This document shows positions 1 to 8,821 of a stretch of 64,000 nucleotides of DNA, piece after piece. Location of the stretch: assembly GCA_963665235.2 (NCBI GenBank), contig CAXXLX010000001.1, positions 1,568,001 through 1,632,000 of the forward strand. The letters run 5' to 3'. The translations under genes and the position numbers were made by a program. Source of the stretch: Candidatus Poribacteria bacterium. Lineage in GTDB: Bacteria > Poribacteria > WGA-4E > WGA-3G. The notes under the pieces were generated by a model. It was given only the letters and a program-made list of their open reading frames with translations. It searched no databases and had not been told where the DNA came from. The stretch's first letter is position 1. Every line of letters starts with the position of its first letter.

Positions 1-111
1 ATCGGCACCGTTCTCTTTGCAAACGGCGCGGAAAGGCGGGTCGCTGACATCTTCCATCGGTGCCAGCAGCAGGGGAAAATCAGGGATGTTCAAATTACCA
101 ATTGTTAGCAT
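1..111 (-). CDS. dusB: tRNA-dihydrouridine synthase, N-terminal part (runs off the window start)
   Basis: Manual translation from ATG at 111: MLTIGNLNIPDFPLLLAPMEDVSDPPFRAVCKENGAD; LAPMEDVSDPPFR is the Dus N-terminal motif. Not in the ORF track. Confidence 0.85.
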   Translation of the reverse strand, partial: MLTIGNLNIPDFPLLLAPMEDVSDPPFRAVCKENGAD

Positions 112-311
112 AATATCGTTTTTGCGTAATGTTTTTAGGGTATCTCGAATCGCGCAGCAAATGTGTTTATAGTTAGATATTATAACCTATAGGTGTGCCA
201 ATGTCAAGTTAAGCAAAGTTCTGCTTGATAATTTTCCAATTTCGTGATAGATATAAGGGGAGGCTACAGAACGTTGTTTGTTCATCGACAATTCAATAGT
301 GAGGTATTTTT

Positions 312-1028
312 ATGAGATGTGTTTTTGTTGGTATCGAGTATGCAGGAAAATCAACGTTAATCAACTTGTTGACTGACTACTATCGGCATAGGAAATTAGC
401 AGTTCACGTGGATGATCATTTTACTATCCCGGATGCGACGCTGAGTGCGGACTCAAGAGCCGCGTATATGGATTTTCCGGATGACGTGAAGGAGCGGATG
501 CAACGGATGCAAATCCAATATCACGTTGAAGTGATCAAAAACTATCCGAACACCCTGATAGCAGGATGGCATATAGAGGAGGCAGTCTATACCTCAGTTT
601 ATGGAGATGCGCCAGATAGTCCATATTATAGAAACTATCATTACCGTGCGCAGCGAGGTTATGAAGCCCAAGTGATGGAGGCAAGACTGCCGGATGTGGT
701 TTTAATACACGTCACTGCTAGTGATGCGGCGATTCAGGAACGGATGGAAACCGCCCCTCACGAATACCAGATTATCAAGGCGGCGGACATTCCGACACTC
801 AAACGCCTTTTTCAGGAGGAGATCGATAAATCTCTATTTACGCAAAAAGGCCGTAAAATTGTGCTGGATACAACCGACAAAACACCGGCTGAATCTCTTG
901 ATACGTTGCTGCTACTTTCCGAACCGCTTGTCACCTTCGGTGAGTTGGCTGTTCGTGCGATGGATGTGCCGCGTGTTCCCTATCAGGTCCGCTATGAAAA
1001 CGGGGTTCGGAAGATGGAGCCGGTTTAA
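312..1028 (+). CDS. P-loop nucleoside/nucleotide kinase-like protein (thymidylate/deoxynucleoside kinase fold)
   Basis: N-terminal GIEYAGKST Walker A; PDVVLIHVTAS...ERM lid-like segment; GAGGT RBS. Confidence 0.65.
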   Translation: MRCVFVGIEYAGKSTLINLLTDYYRHRKLAVHVDDHFTIPDATLSADSRAAYMDFPDDVKERMQRMQIQYHVEVIKNYPNTLIAGWHIEEAVYTSVYGDAPDSPYYRNYHYRAQRGYEAQVMEARLPDVVLIHVTASDAAIQERMETAPHEYQIIKAADIPTLKRLFQEEIDKSLFTQKGRKIVLDTTDKTPAESLDTLLLLSEPLVTFGELAVRAMDVPRVPYQVRYENGVRKMEPV

Positions 1029-2104
1029 GCCCCTCTGCTCAATGGATGCTCCCGGTTGGCAATCGGGAACGGGACGCGTTGTCCGGATAGCTGCGACTCA
1101 TAAGCGCCCAAAATCATCTCTAAGGCAGCGAGAGCATCTTCGGCGGCGGAAATCGGTTTTCGGTCATTCTCCATCGCATCGATGAGGTCAAGGATAGCCA
1201 GCTCGTTGCCTTTGAAGAAGGGGGTATCGTCTAGGTCAATTGCTTCCCACTCTTGTGCTGGATTTGAGGGGAGCAGTACGGGATATGGATAGACCATAAG
1301 ACGGTTAGCCACATCGCCACGAAGCGAAAAGATGCCTTCACTGCCAACAATCTCCATGCCGTATCTGCCTGTGCCAGCCTGGTCCTTGCGAGATTGAAAA
1401 AAACCGGAAACACCATTCTTGAAAGCGAAGTAGCTATTGACGCAATCGCCTGCGACCGGGCCGACAGGTTCAGTCGGTTCGTGGGCATCGCCATAGGCCA
1501 CCTCTCTGCCATCTTTGGTGACGTGGGACTGCATCCATGCGACATCTCCTGCGAAGAAGCGCATCATGTTGAACGTGTGTGTGCCGAGGGTAATCATATC
1601 CTCGCCGCCGCCGCGTCTATCCTGTTTACCGCTGGCATAGATAGCTTGTACCGTGCCGATTTTCCCATCGTTGAGCATCTGTTTGATGGTATGCGTTGCG
1701 GGAAGGTATACAGCCTGATGTGCCACGGCAACCTTTAAGCCGCGTGCCTGTGCTGTCTGGACGATTTTATCGCCATCGGCAAGCGACATCGTCATCGGTT
1801 TTTCGCAGTAAACGTTGCAATCTGCGTCAAGACAGGCGGTCACCATCGCGAGATGTTCCGGTACCCAACGGGTACAGACACTGACAATGTCGAGTGTCTC
1901 TTTTTCCAGCATCTCGCGATAATCGGCGTAGCTGCGCAACGCGCTTGTTTCCTCAACCGCTTTTGCTCTGCCCGCTTCATTCGGGTCAGAGATAGCGATA
2001 AATTCGACATTTTCTATATTTTTGTATGCAGTATGCAATCCGTGTCCGAAGTTTCCAGCCCCGGTGTGGCCGATTGCTGCTGCACGATATGTCTTTTGAC
2101 TCAT
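1025..2104 (-). CDS. Gfo/Idh/MocA family oxidoreductase
   Basis: YCEKPM motif and Rossmann N-terminus; start moved to MSQKTY (ATG 2104, GAGGT upstream). Confidence 0.85.
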   Translation of the reverse strand: MSQKTYRAAAIGHTGAGNFGHGLHTAYKNIENVEFIAISDPNEAGRAKAVEETSALRSYADYREMLEKETLDIVSVCTRWVPEHLAMVTACLDADCNVYCEKPMTMSLADGDKIVQTAQARGLKVAVAHQAVYLPATHTIKQMLNDGKIGTVQAIYASGKQDRRGGGEDMITLGTHTFNMMRFFAGDVAWMQSHVTKDGREVAYGDAHEPTEPVGPVAGDCVNSYFAFKNGVSGFFQSRKDQAGTGRYGMEIVGSEGIFSLRGDVANRLMVYPYPVLLPSNPAQEWEAIDLDDTPFFKGNELAILDLIDAMENDRKPISAAEDALAALEMILGAYESQLSGQRVPFPIANREHPLSRGA

Positions 2105-2165
2105 GTGAAAATAATACCTCCGATTCGGGGGGATGCCCCTCAGGTTCAGGAGCACACGCCTACTT

Positions 2166-3326
2166 TTAGGGGTCAATTTGTTTATGGAACTGCTTTTCGC
2201 CATTTTTGATAGTGAGAATGGCAACGCTTTTGGTCGGATGCCGGTTTTCATTATATCGTCCGATGTGTGTTGCCCCGATGTAGTTCTCAGTTAGCATCAG
2301 TTGGTTTCGAATTGCGTTTGCGTCAAGGCTGCCCGCTCGTTCAATTGCTTCGGCAAGCAATTTGACAGCGTCGTAGTTGACTGCAATGCCGCCTGTGGGT
2401 AGATGTTCGTAATCTGCTTGGTAAGCCTCTATAAACGCTCTCGCGCTCGGTTCATCGGTGTTTGGCGAAAAGTCGGTAGTGAAAAAGCTTCCCTCCAATT
2501 CGGCATCTTCATTAGCTAACAGCACCTCACTATCCCACGTATCGGTGCCGAGAAAGAGCGTTGGGGTTCCGACAGCATTTTGCAACGGAAACGTTCTCGC
2601 TTGCTGCGTTATAGGGGCAATGTCACCTGAAAAAGCGGCGACGAAAAACGCATCCGGTTTTGTCGCTGCAATATGTGTCAATTGTTCCGTAAAATCTGTT
2701 GTTCCGCTTTCGTAGAAGACATTCGCGACGATATTACCCCCAAGTTGGCTGAAGCTGGTGGCAAAGAATTCGGCTACACCCTCTGTATAGATATCTCCGC
2801 TTAGCGTCAGAATCGCAACGGTGGTTATTTCCAATTCGTCTATCGCAAACCGTGCCATGACCTGTCCCCGAAATGTATCTGTAATGGATGCCATGAAGAC
2901 GAAGTCGCCTGCTTTTGTGACATCGGGGTTCGTTGCAGAGGTGGTAATCATCGGTATCCCGTAACGTTGGGCTAGTGGGCCGACCGCAACTGCGTGTGTA
3001 GAGCGGTTGGGACCGATAATAGCGATGACCCCCTCTTTTAGAATCATGTCCTCGGCGGTTTGTGTGGAAAGCGGTAATGAAGCCTCTGTGTTAACGAGGC
3101 TGACCAATTCAATAAGGGTGGTGCCGAGTAGTCCGCCGCGGCTGTTAATCTCATCAACGGCTAACTGTGCACCGTTTAGGTAAGATGCCCGGTCCCCCGC
3201 AACAATAAAACCGATTTTTACAGTTTGAGGTGCATCTTCCGGAGGCATCAGGTCTTGGAGCCGCTCACATCCCGAAAAAATTACTAGCCCGATAAACAGA
3301 TAGAATATTGCACAAAATTTTCGCAT
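2166..3326 (-). CDS. Branched-chain amino acid ABC transporter substrate-binding lipoprotein (LivJ/LivK-like)
   Basis: Lipobox FSGC; GAQLAVDEINSRGGLLG, TTDFTEQL, YDAVKLLAEAIERAGS motifs. Confidence 0.85.
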   Translation of the reverse strand: MRKFCAIFYLFIGLVIFSGCERLQDLMPPEDAPQTVKIGFIVAGDRASYLNGAQLAVDEINSRGGLLGTTLIELVSLVNTEASLPLSTQTAEDMILKEGVIAIIGPNRSTHAVAVGPLAQRYGIPMITTSATNPDVTKAGDFVFMASITDTFRGQVMARFAIDELEITTVAILTLSGDIYTEGVAEFFATSFSQLGGNIVANVFYESGTTDFTEQLTHIAATKPDAFFVAAFSGDIAPITQQARTFPLQNAVGTPTLFLGTDTWDSEVLLANEDAELEGSFFTTDFSPNTDEPSARAFIEAYQADYEHLPTGGIAVNYDAVKLLAEAIERAGSLDANAIRNQLMLTENYIGATHIGRYNENRHPTKSVAILTIKNGEKQFHKQIDP

Positions 3327-3394
3327 GTTTTAAATTTCCCGTAAAAAATATCTTTCCTTTGTTTTAGATTTCTGCTAAAATAAAAAAAGCTGTT

Positions 3395-3418
3395 GTAGGA
3401 GTGAGCTCCCGAGCGCGA
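3395..3418 (+). repeat. GTAG-type REP-like element
   Basis: GTAGGAGTGAGCTCCCGAGCGCGA; similar to the 24444 array unit and to 32393-32416. Confidence 0.55.
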
Positions 3419-3527
3419 CCGACCTATTGAAAAGTAGCATCAGGATCGCTCTTCATATAACCCGAACAACTTTTGTAACTATTATCCTTTAATTTACGAA
3501 AATAAGCAAGTCATTTCTATATCTATT

Positions 3528-4271
3528 ATGGCAACCTTAATCACAATCATTGGCCGGGGGCATTCTGGAACCCGTGCGATTTCCCATACGTTGTACGCCA
3601 GCGGGGTTTATATGGGCAGTCAGCTGAATCCATCCGGCGATAAGATTCCACCGCACGCGATGTACGACGCGTGCCGAGTGATGGCACAATACGTTGAATG
3701 GAAGGGGGGATTATCGTGGAATTTTGAACCCCTATTTACGATGCCAATTGATGTTGAGTTCGAGCAGCTTATCAACACCTACCTAGCAGATGTCATGCGT
3801 GACACGTCTGAACATAAGGGGTGGAAGATACCTGAGACGACGCTTGTCTATCCGTGGATAGTGCGAATGTTTCCGGAGGGACGATTTATCCACTGGATTC
3901 GCGATCCGAGGGATTGCATTTTGGGCAGTCACAAAACGGACAATTTACGCGACTTCGGTATTGAATACCCACGAACAGATGATGTTTTCGAGAGGCGTGC
4001 AATTTCTTGGTACTACCAATATGAGTTGATGAAACGGACACCAAAACCGAAACATGTTATCTATGTCCGATTTGAGGACTTCGTGCTCAAACAGGAGGAG
4101 ACGCTCAAACGGCTTGAGACGTTCTTAGGCATTCCGTTGGGACGGATAGTTGTGCGTCCGGAGGCGGTTGCACGCTGGAAAAGAACGCCTACACCGTGTG
4201 CCCTCCCGTTTGATTTCTTACAAGAGGCTATTGTGGAAAACGGTTATTCGTTAGCAGAAGCGAGACAATGA
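3528..4271 (+). CDS. Sulfotransferase family protein
   Basis: GRGHSGT PAPS-binding loop, GWKIP, IRDPRD, VRFEDF. Confidence 0.8.
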   Translation: MATLITIIGRGHSGTRAISHTLYASGVYMGSQLNPSGDKIPPHAMYDACRVMAQYVEWKGGLSWNFEPLFTMPIDVEFEQLINTYLADVMRDTSEHKGWKIPETTLVYPWIVRMFPEGRFIHWIRDPRDCILGSHKTDNLRDFGIEYPRTDDVFERRAISWYYQYELMKRTPKPKHVIYVRFEDFVLKQEETLKRLETFLGIPLGRIVVRPEAVARWKRTPTPCALPFDFLQEAIVENGYSLAEARQ

Positions 4272-4325
4272 AAAATCAAAATTTTTCATTTCTCTATAAA
4301 TTTTGATAAAAAACGAGGTAATATT

Positions 4326-5351
4326 ATGGCGAAAGATGGTAAATACCAGGTTGGACTTGTTGGAACCGGCGGCATTGCGCGTGCACACGGCAACGCATGT
4401 CAACAGGCACCGAGTGCCGAATTAGCGGCAATCTGTGATGTGTCCGAGGGGGCATTAGCTGGGTTCGGTGAACAGTTCAACGTCGATGCAGAAAACCGCT
4501 ATCTCTCTTTAGAAGAGATGTTGGACGCTGAAGATTTGGACATTGCAATTATCTGTACATGGGGTGCATATCACGCTGAGGTAGGTATCCAAATCGCTGA
4601 GTCCCGCCAAGTCAAAGCCATTCTGTGTGAAAAACCTTTCACGTCAACAGCAGCAGAGGCGGAAGCCTTTGTCGGTGCTGCGCAAGCAAATGACGTTATA
4701 GTGGCGGAAGCGTTTAAGTTTCGGCATCATCCGATGCACATCAAGGCGAAAGAGCTGATCGATTCAGGCGCAATCGGTGAACTTATGACGTTACGTAGCA
4801 CTTTTTGCACAGGCGGGGGCGGCGGCGGGCCCGAATCACGTCGACCGGAAGCAAATTGGCGTTTTAACAAAGCGAAAGGGGGCGGAAGTATTTACGATTT
4901 GGCATGTTACAATATCCATCATGCACGGTTTATGTTCGGGGCTGAACCCATTCGCGTATCGGGCGCGTCACAAGCCGGGTTAGAAGTGGACGACGCTTCT
5001 TATCTATTGTTAGTATTCCCGGAGGAACGAACCGCCCAGATTTCTACCGGTTTTAATTGTGCCGGCGGACAGTATGCCGAAATGGCCGGATTAGGCGGTC
5101 TGTGTAGAATAGATAGAGCGTGGAACAATGAAAACTCTCCCGTGAATATCGTTTTACAGAACCGGGAGGGGCATCAAGTCATCGAGATTGAGCCCTGTTT
5201 TCAGTTCGCATTGCAGCTGGAACACATGTGTGAATGTCTGGCAACTGGGAAACCGCATCGTATCTCCCCGGAGAGCTGCGTGAATCAGATGCGTGTTATA
5301 GATGCCGCATTTGAAGCAATGGCAACCGGTCGGACAGTTGAATTGGGGTAA
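4326..5351 (+). CDS. Gfo/Idh/MocA family oxidoreductase
   Basis: GLVGTGGIA, LCEKPF, GGGSIYDLACY. Confidence 0.9.
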   Translation: MAKDGKYQVGLVGTGGIARAHGNACQQAPSAELAAICDVSEGALAGFGEQFNVDAENRYLSLEEMLDAEDLDIAIICTWGAYHAEVGIQIAESRQVKAILCEKPFTSTAAEAEAFVGAAQANDVIVAEAFKFRHHPMHIKAKELIDSGAIGELMTLRSTFCTGGGGGGPESRRPEANWRFNKAKGGGSIYDLACYNIHHARFMFGAEPIRVSGASQAGLEVDDASYLLLVFPEERTAQISTGFNCAGGQYAEMAGLGGLCRIDRAWNNENSPVNIVLQNREGHQVIEIEPCFQFALQLEHMCECLATGKPHRISPESCVNQMRVIDAAFEAMATGRTVELG

Positions 5352-5493
5352 GTGCTTTCTCTGCACCGTCCAATCAACACGCTAAGACATATCGCAATCG
5401 GCTTTCGGTTTTCGGAAAGAAGGGTGTTGGAATTCCCTACCTCTCTACCTGACTGCTGTCTGCCGATTGCTATAAGCAAGGACAAGACAATTT

Positions 5494-6243
5494 ATGACGA
5501 ATTTCGCTGAAACGAAGGCACTCACGTTTGACCTATTCGGGACGATTTTAGACCTCGGTGGCAGTCTTACACCCTTTATTGCTGAATCTCTAGCGGCAAA
5601 CCCTGCTACGCATATAGTGACACCTAAAGCGAATAGGGGGCGAGGCGACCTCGCCCCTACGAATGTGTCTCCGGATGAATTTTGGGAGCTGTGGCGTTAC
5701 AGACAACGGATAGAGCAATATCAAGATACGATGATGATGCTTGGGCATAGCGGCTATCTACAAACAGTTCGCCGCGCATTGCACTACACACTCCAGCACA
5801 GCGGCATCGACCCTTCACCCGATACTGTAGAAACGTTTATGCGGGGTTGGCAATACCTTTCACCCTTTCCAGAGGTTTTGGATGCCCTCGATAGACTAAA
5901 AGATAGGTATCGGTTAGTGGTGTTATCAAACGGTGACCCTGAGTTTCTTGACTATCTTGTCACACAGCGGGTCTCATGGGATTTTGACGACGTAATCTCG
6001 GTTACGTCTGTTGGCGCGTTTAAACCGCATCCAGCAGTCTACCGAGGGGCAGCGGGACAGCTAGGGCTTGAAGTTAATACCTGTTTGATGGTATCGGCAA
6101 ATTCTTTTGATGTTATGGGCGCGCGGGCATGTGGCTATAGCGGTGCGTTTGTCAACCGCTACAGCCTACCGTATGAGGATACCCCTTACCAACCCGATGT
6201 GATAGTTCCTGATTTCACAGCGTTGGCAGACGCGTTGCTGTGA
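5494..6243 (+). CDS. Haloacid dehalogenase type II (contains an in-frame REP insertion)
   Basis: FDLFGT, LSNG, FKPHP, VSANSFDVMGA motifs. Confidence 0.85.
   Translation: MTNFAETKALTFDLFGTILDLGGSLTPFIAESLAANPATHIVTPKANRGRGDLAPTNVSPDEFWELWRYRQRIEQYQDTMMMLGHSGYLQTVRRALHYTLQHSGIDPSPDTVETFMRGWQYLSPFPEVLDALDRLKDRYRLVVLSNGDPEFLDYLVTQRVSWDFDDVISVTSVGAFKPHPAVYRGAAGQLGLEVNTCLMVSANSFDVMGARACGYSGAFVNRYSLPYEDTPYQPDVIVPDFTALADALL
5637..5661 (-). repeat. GTAG REP hairpin inside a CDS
   Basis: Reverse complement CGTAGGGGCGAGGTCGCCTCGCCCC; near-identical to 33036-33059 and 50517-50540. Confidence 0.8.
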
Positions 6244-6248
6244 GCAAA

Positions 6249-8810
6249 TTATTTGCGTATTAACATCTTCCGAGTTGCGGAGAATTTTCCCGCTTCTAGG
6301 GTGTAAAAATAGACTCCACTCGCTACAGGCTCACCTGCTTCGTTTTTGCCATCCCAATACGCTGCACGATTCCGACTGTGATAAAGCCCCGCAGCCTGAT
6401 TGCCTAAGACTAACTGCCGAACCAATGTCCCATCCGCAGTATGTATAGATATACGGACATCCGCGGAGTTTGCCAACTGATACGGTATCCACGTCTCCGG
6501 GTTGAACGGGTTCGGATAGTTCGGAAGCAGCCCAGTCTTTTTGGGTGTTAATATTGCGAAAAGTTGTTGTAGGAAATGAATACCGCGTTGTGCCGTTGGT
6601 TCGGTAAGTGGCAGCTGCTGTGCTTGTGCGAGCCACTGCTGCACCGCTTTTGCGGTAAGCGTAGGCGGTACCTTTTGATACACGGAGGGTGCTGCCGCTG
6701 CGTCGGCAAGTGCTGCTGCAACCTGGATAAGGTCTGCAATGTTGACAACGCCATCCCCGTTGACATCGGCAGGATTTGGACCTGTCTGTCCGAAGTTTGC
6801 AGCGACGATGACTAAATCGTGAACATCTACGACACCATCCCTGTTTACATCCGCTTCAAGTGGAATCAACTGTTCGGGTGGTATTTGTCCGGGGTTGATT
6901 ATGGAAGGCAAATCCCATAAAAGTATTGTCCCGTACCAATTACTAGTAGCGAAGGTTTTTCCATCCGGACTGAACACAAGGTCATCAATCCCATTTGGCA
7001 TGCCTCTTAGGATTGATTCACTTTCGCCACTTATTGCATCCCAAATTTGCACTGTTCCCTCGCTTCCAGCAGTTATGAGCGTCTGTCCATCTGGACTAAA
7101 CGCAAGCTCGATATAGCGATCGGTCTGCTCAATAGGGATTATCTTTCTGTCACTACTATTAATACTCCACAAATAGAGTTCTCTATTTTTCCATACAATA
7201 GCGAGGGTATTTCCATCCGGACTAAACGCAATATTACTGATTCTGCTTCTGTACGCGGGTGCATGGAATGTCGCTATGGCCTGTCTACTTTCAATATCCC
7301 ACAAACGTATTTCTGAATCGATGCCAATTGCAAGTTTCTGTCCATCCGGACTGAAAGTAACAGCTAAATAGCCTTCCTGACGTTCACCTTCAGAGATTGT
7401 CCATATAGGATTACCCGTAGCAACATCCCAAAAAATTGCCTTTTTAGTGGATGTTGCCAAAATGCGTCCATCTGGACTAAAGTTAACATTAGAACCAGAG
7501 GTTTTGTGTCCGAGAAGCGTTGCCTTCTGTGTGCCTGAGGCAGCATCCCATAACCTTACTGTGTGGTCAACGGCGAACCAGTAATAGCCAGAAATTGAGC
7601 CACCACTACTAGCTATAGTCTGCCCATCTGAACTAAAGTCGACAGATACAGCAGGGGTTGGATGTCCCCGGAGGGTTCTTGTGTTTTTACTTGTTGTGGT
7701 ATCCCAGAGCCGCAGCGTTTTATCCTGCCCTGCGCTTACAATTGTCTGTCCAGTCGGACTGAAGGCGATATCAGAGAATCCGCTGGTATGTCCTGTTATT
7801 GTTATTTTTTGCTGTAGGCTCTCCGTATCCCATAAAATGATTGTGCTGTCGAAGCTACCGGTAGCGAGCAGAGTTCCCTCCGGATTAAAAGCAACACTTA
7901 CGACTTCGTCCGTATGTGCTATGAGGGTCGTTTTATAGCCGCTCGTAGCAACGTCCCATAGACACGTCGTGCCATCCTTGCTGCCACTTGCGAGGGTGCG
8001 GCTATCTGGACTGAAGTCGACACTTCTGAAACTATGCACGCGCCGTCTAAGGATAGTTTTACGTCTGCCGGTAGCGACATCCCACAGATGGGCTCGGCTT
8101 TCCAACCAACCTTCATGCCCTGCGAGAGTTTTTCCATCCGGACTGAAGGTAACATTCTCAGTACCCCAGCCAATCTCGTTGTCTGTTGTGAGAGTGGTTT
8201 TGAGTTCACCCGTGGCAACATCCCACAACTTTACCGTGTTCTCTTCATCATCCCCCCCGCTTGCAAGGGTTTTCCCATCTGGACTGAAGGCGATACTGCT
8301 AATATCATCTCTATGTCCCATAAACGTGGTTTTCAGTGCTCCAGTCGCAACGTCCCAAAGCTTCACTGTTGGCTCTTCGTAGTCACCCGCAGTAGCGAGG
8401 GTTTTTCCATCCGGACTGAACGCGACATCTGATATTTCGTTCGAGTGTGCTGCCACTACGATTTTGCGTTCGCCTGTAGCAACGTCCCATATATAAAATT
8501 CTGCGCCACTGCTACTTGTGAGGGTTTTCCCATCTGGACTGAAGTCGACACTTGAAACATACCCTATATGATTGGTGAGCAGCTTGCGTTCTTTCCCTGT
8601 GCGTACATCGTAAAGCCAAACGCCTATAGAACTCGGCACAGCGAGCAGGGAAGTATATCGTGAAAAGATTATATTGCCAGAGATTCTTCCCTTCCCAAGG
8701 CGCATTTTGGCACCCGCGGGCAACCCCCATCGTTCGCTTGAAAAAGCAGGTGGTAAAAAGCATGTTGCTATAAGAAGTAGTGCTAAAATGGTAAATCGTA
8801 TCGTTTTCAT
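6249..8810 (-). CDS. Secreted WD40-repeat protein with dockerin-like and C-terminal FlgD/Ig (T9SS-A-like) domains, subfamily A (A1)
   Basis: Signal peptide; ~13 FSPDG...LWD repeats; DVNRDGVVD/DVNGDGVVN; PNYPNPFNPETWIPYQL. Confidence 0.9.
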   Translation of the reverse strand: MKTIRFTILALLLIATCFLPPAFSSERWGLPAGAKMRLGKGRISGNIIFSRYTSLLAVPSSIGVWLYDVRTGKERKLLTNHIGYVSSVDFSPDGKTLTSSSGAEFYIWDVATGERKIVVAAHSNEISDVAFSPDGKTLATAGDYEEPTVKLWDVATGALKTTFMGHRDDISSIAFSPDGKTLASGGDDEENTVKLWDVATGELKTTLTTDNEIGWGTENVTFSPDGKTLAGHEGWLESRAHLWDVATGRRKTILRRRVHSFRSVDFSPDSRTLASGSKDGTTCLWDVATSGYKTTLIAHTDEVVSVAFNPEGTLLATGSFDSTIILWDTESLQQKITITGHTSGFSDIAFSPTGQTIVSAGQDKTLRLWDTTTSKNTRTLRGHPTPAVSVDFSSDGQTIASSGGSISGYYWFAVDHTVRLWDAASGTQKATLLGHKTSGSNVNFSPDGRILATSTKKAIFWDVATGNPIWTISEGERQEGYLAVTFSPDGQKLAIGIDSEIRLWDIESRQAIATFHAPAYRSRISNIAFSPDGNTLAIVWKNRELYLWSINSSDRKIIPIEQTDRYIELAFSPDGQTLITAGSEGTVQIWDAISGESESILRGMPNGIDDLVFSPDGKTFATSNWYGTILLWDLPSIINPGQIPPEQLIPLEADVNRDGVVDVHDLVIVAANFGQTGPNPADVNGDGVVNIADLIQVAAALADAAAAPSVYQKVPPTLTAKAVQQWLAQAQQLPLTEPTAQRGIHFLQQLFAILTPKKTGLLPNYPNPFNPETWIPYQLANSADVRISIHTADGTLVRQLVLGNQAAGLYHSRNRAAYWDGKNEAGEPVASGVYFYTLEAGKFSATRKMLIRK

Positions 8811-8821
8811 AATCTCCTCTC

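Noticed and set aside
2105-2251. Longer N-terminus of the Gfo/Idh/MocA ORF
   Set aside because: Overlaps the LivK-like gene; the RBS supports ATG 2104.
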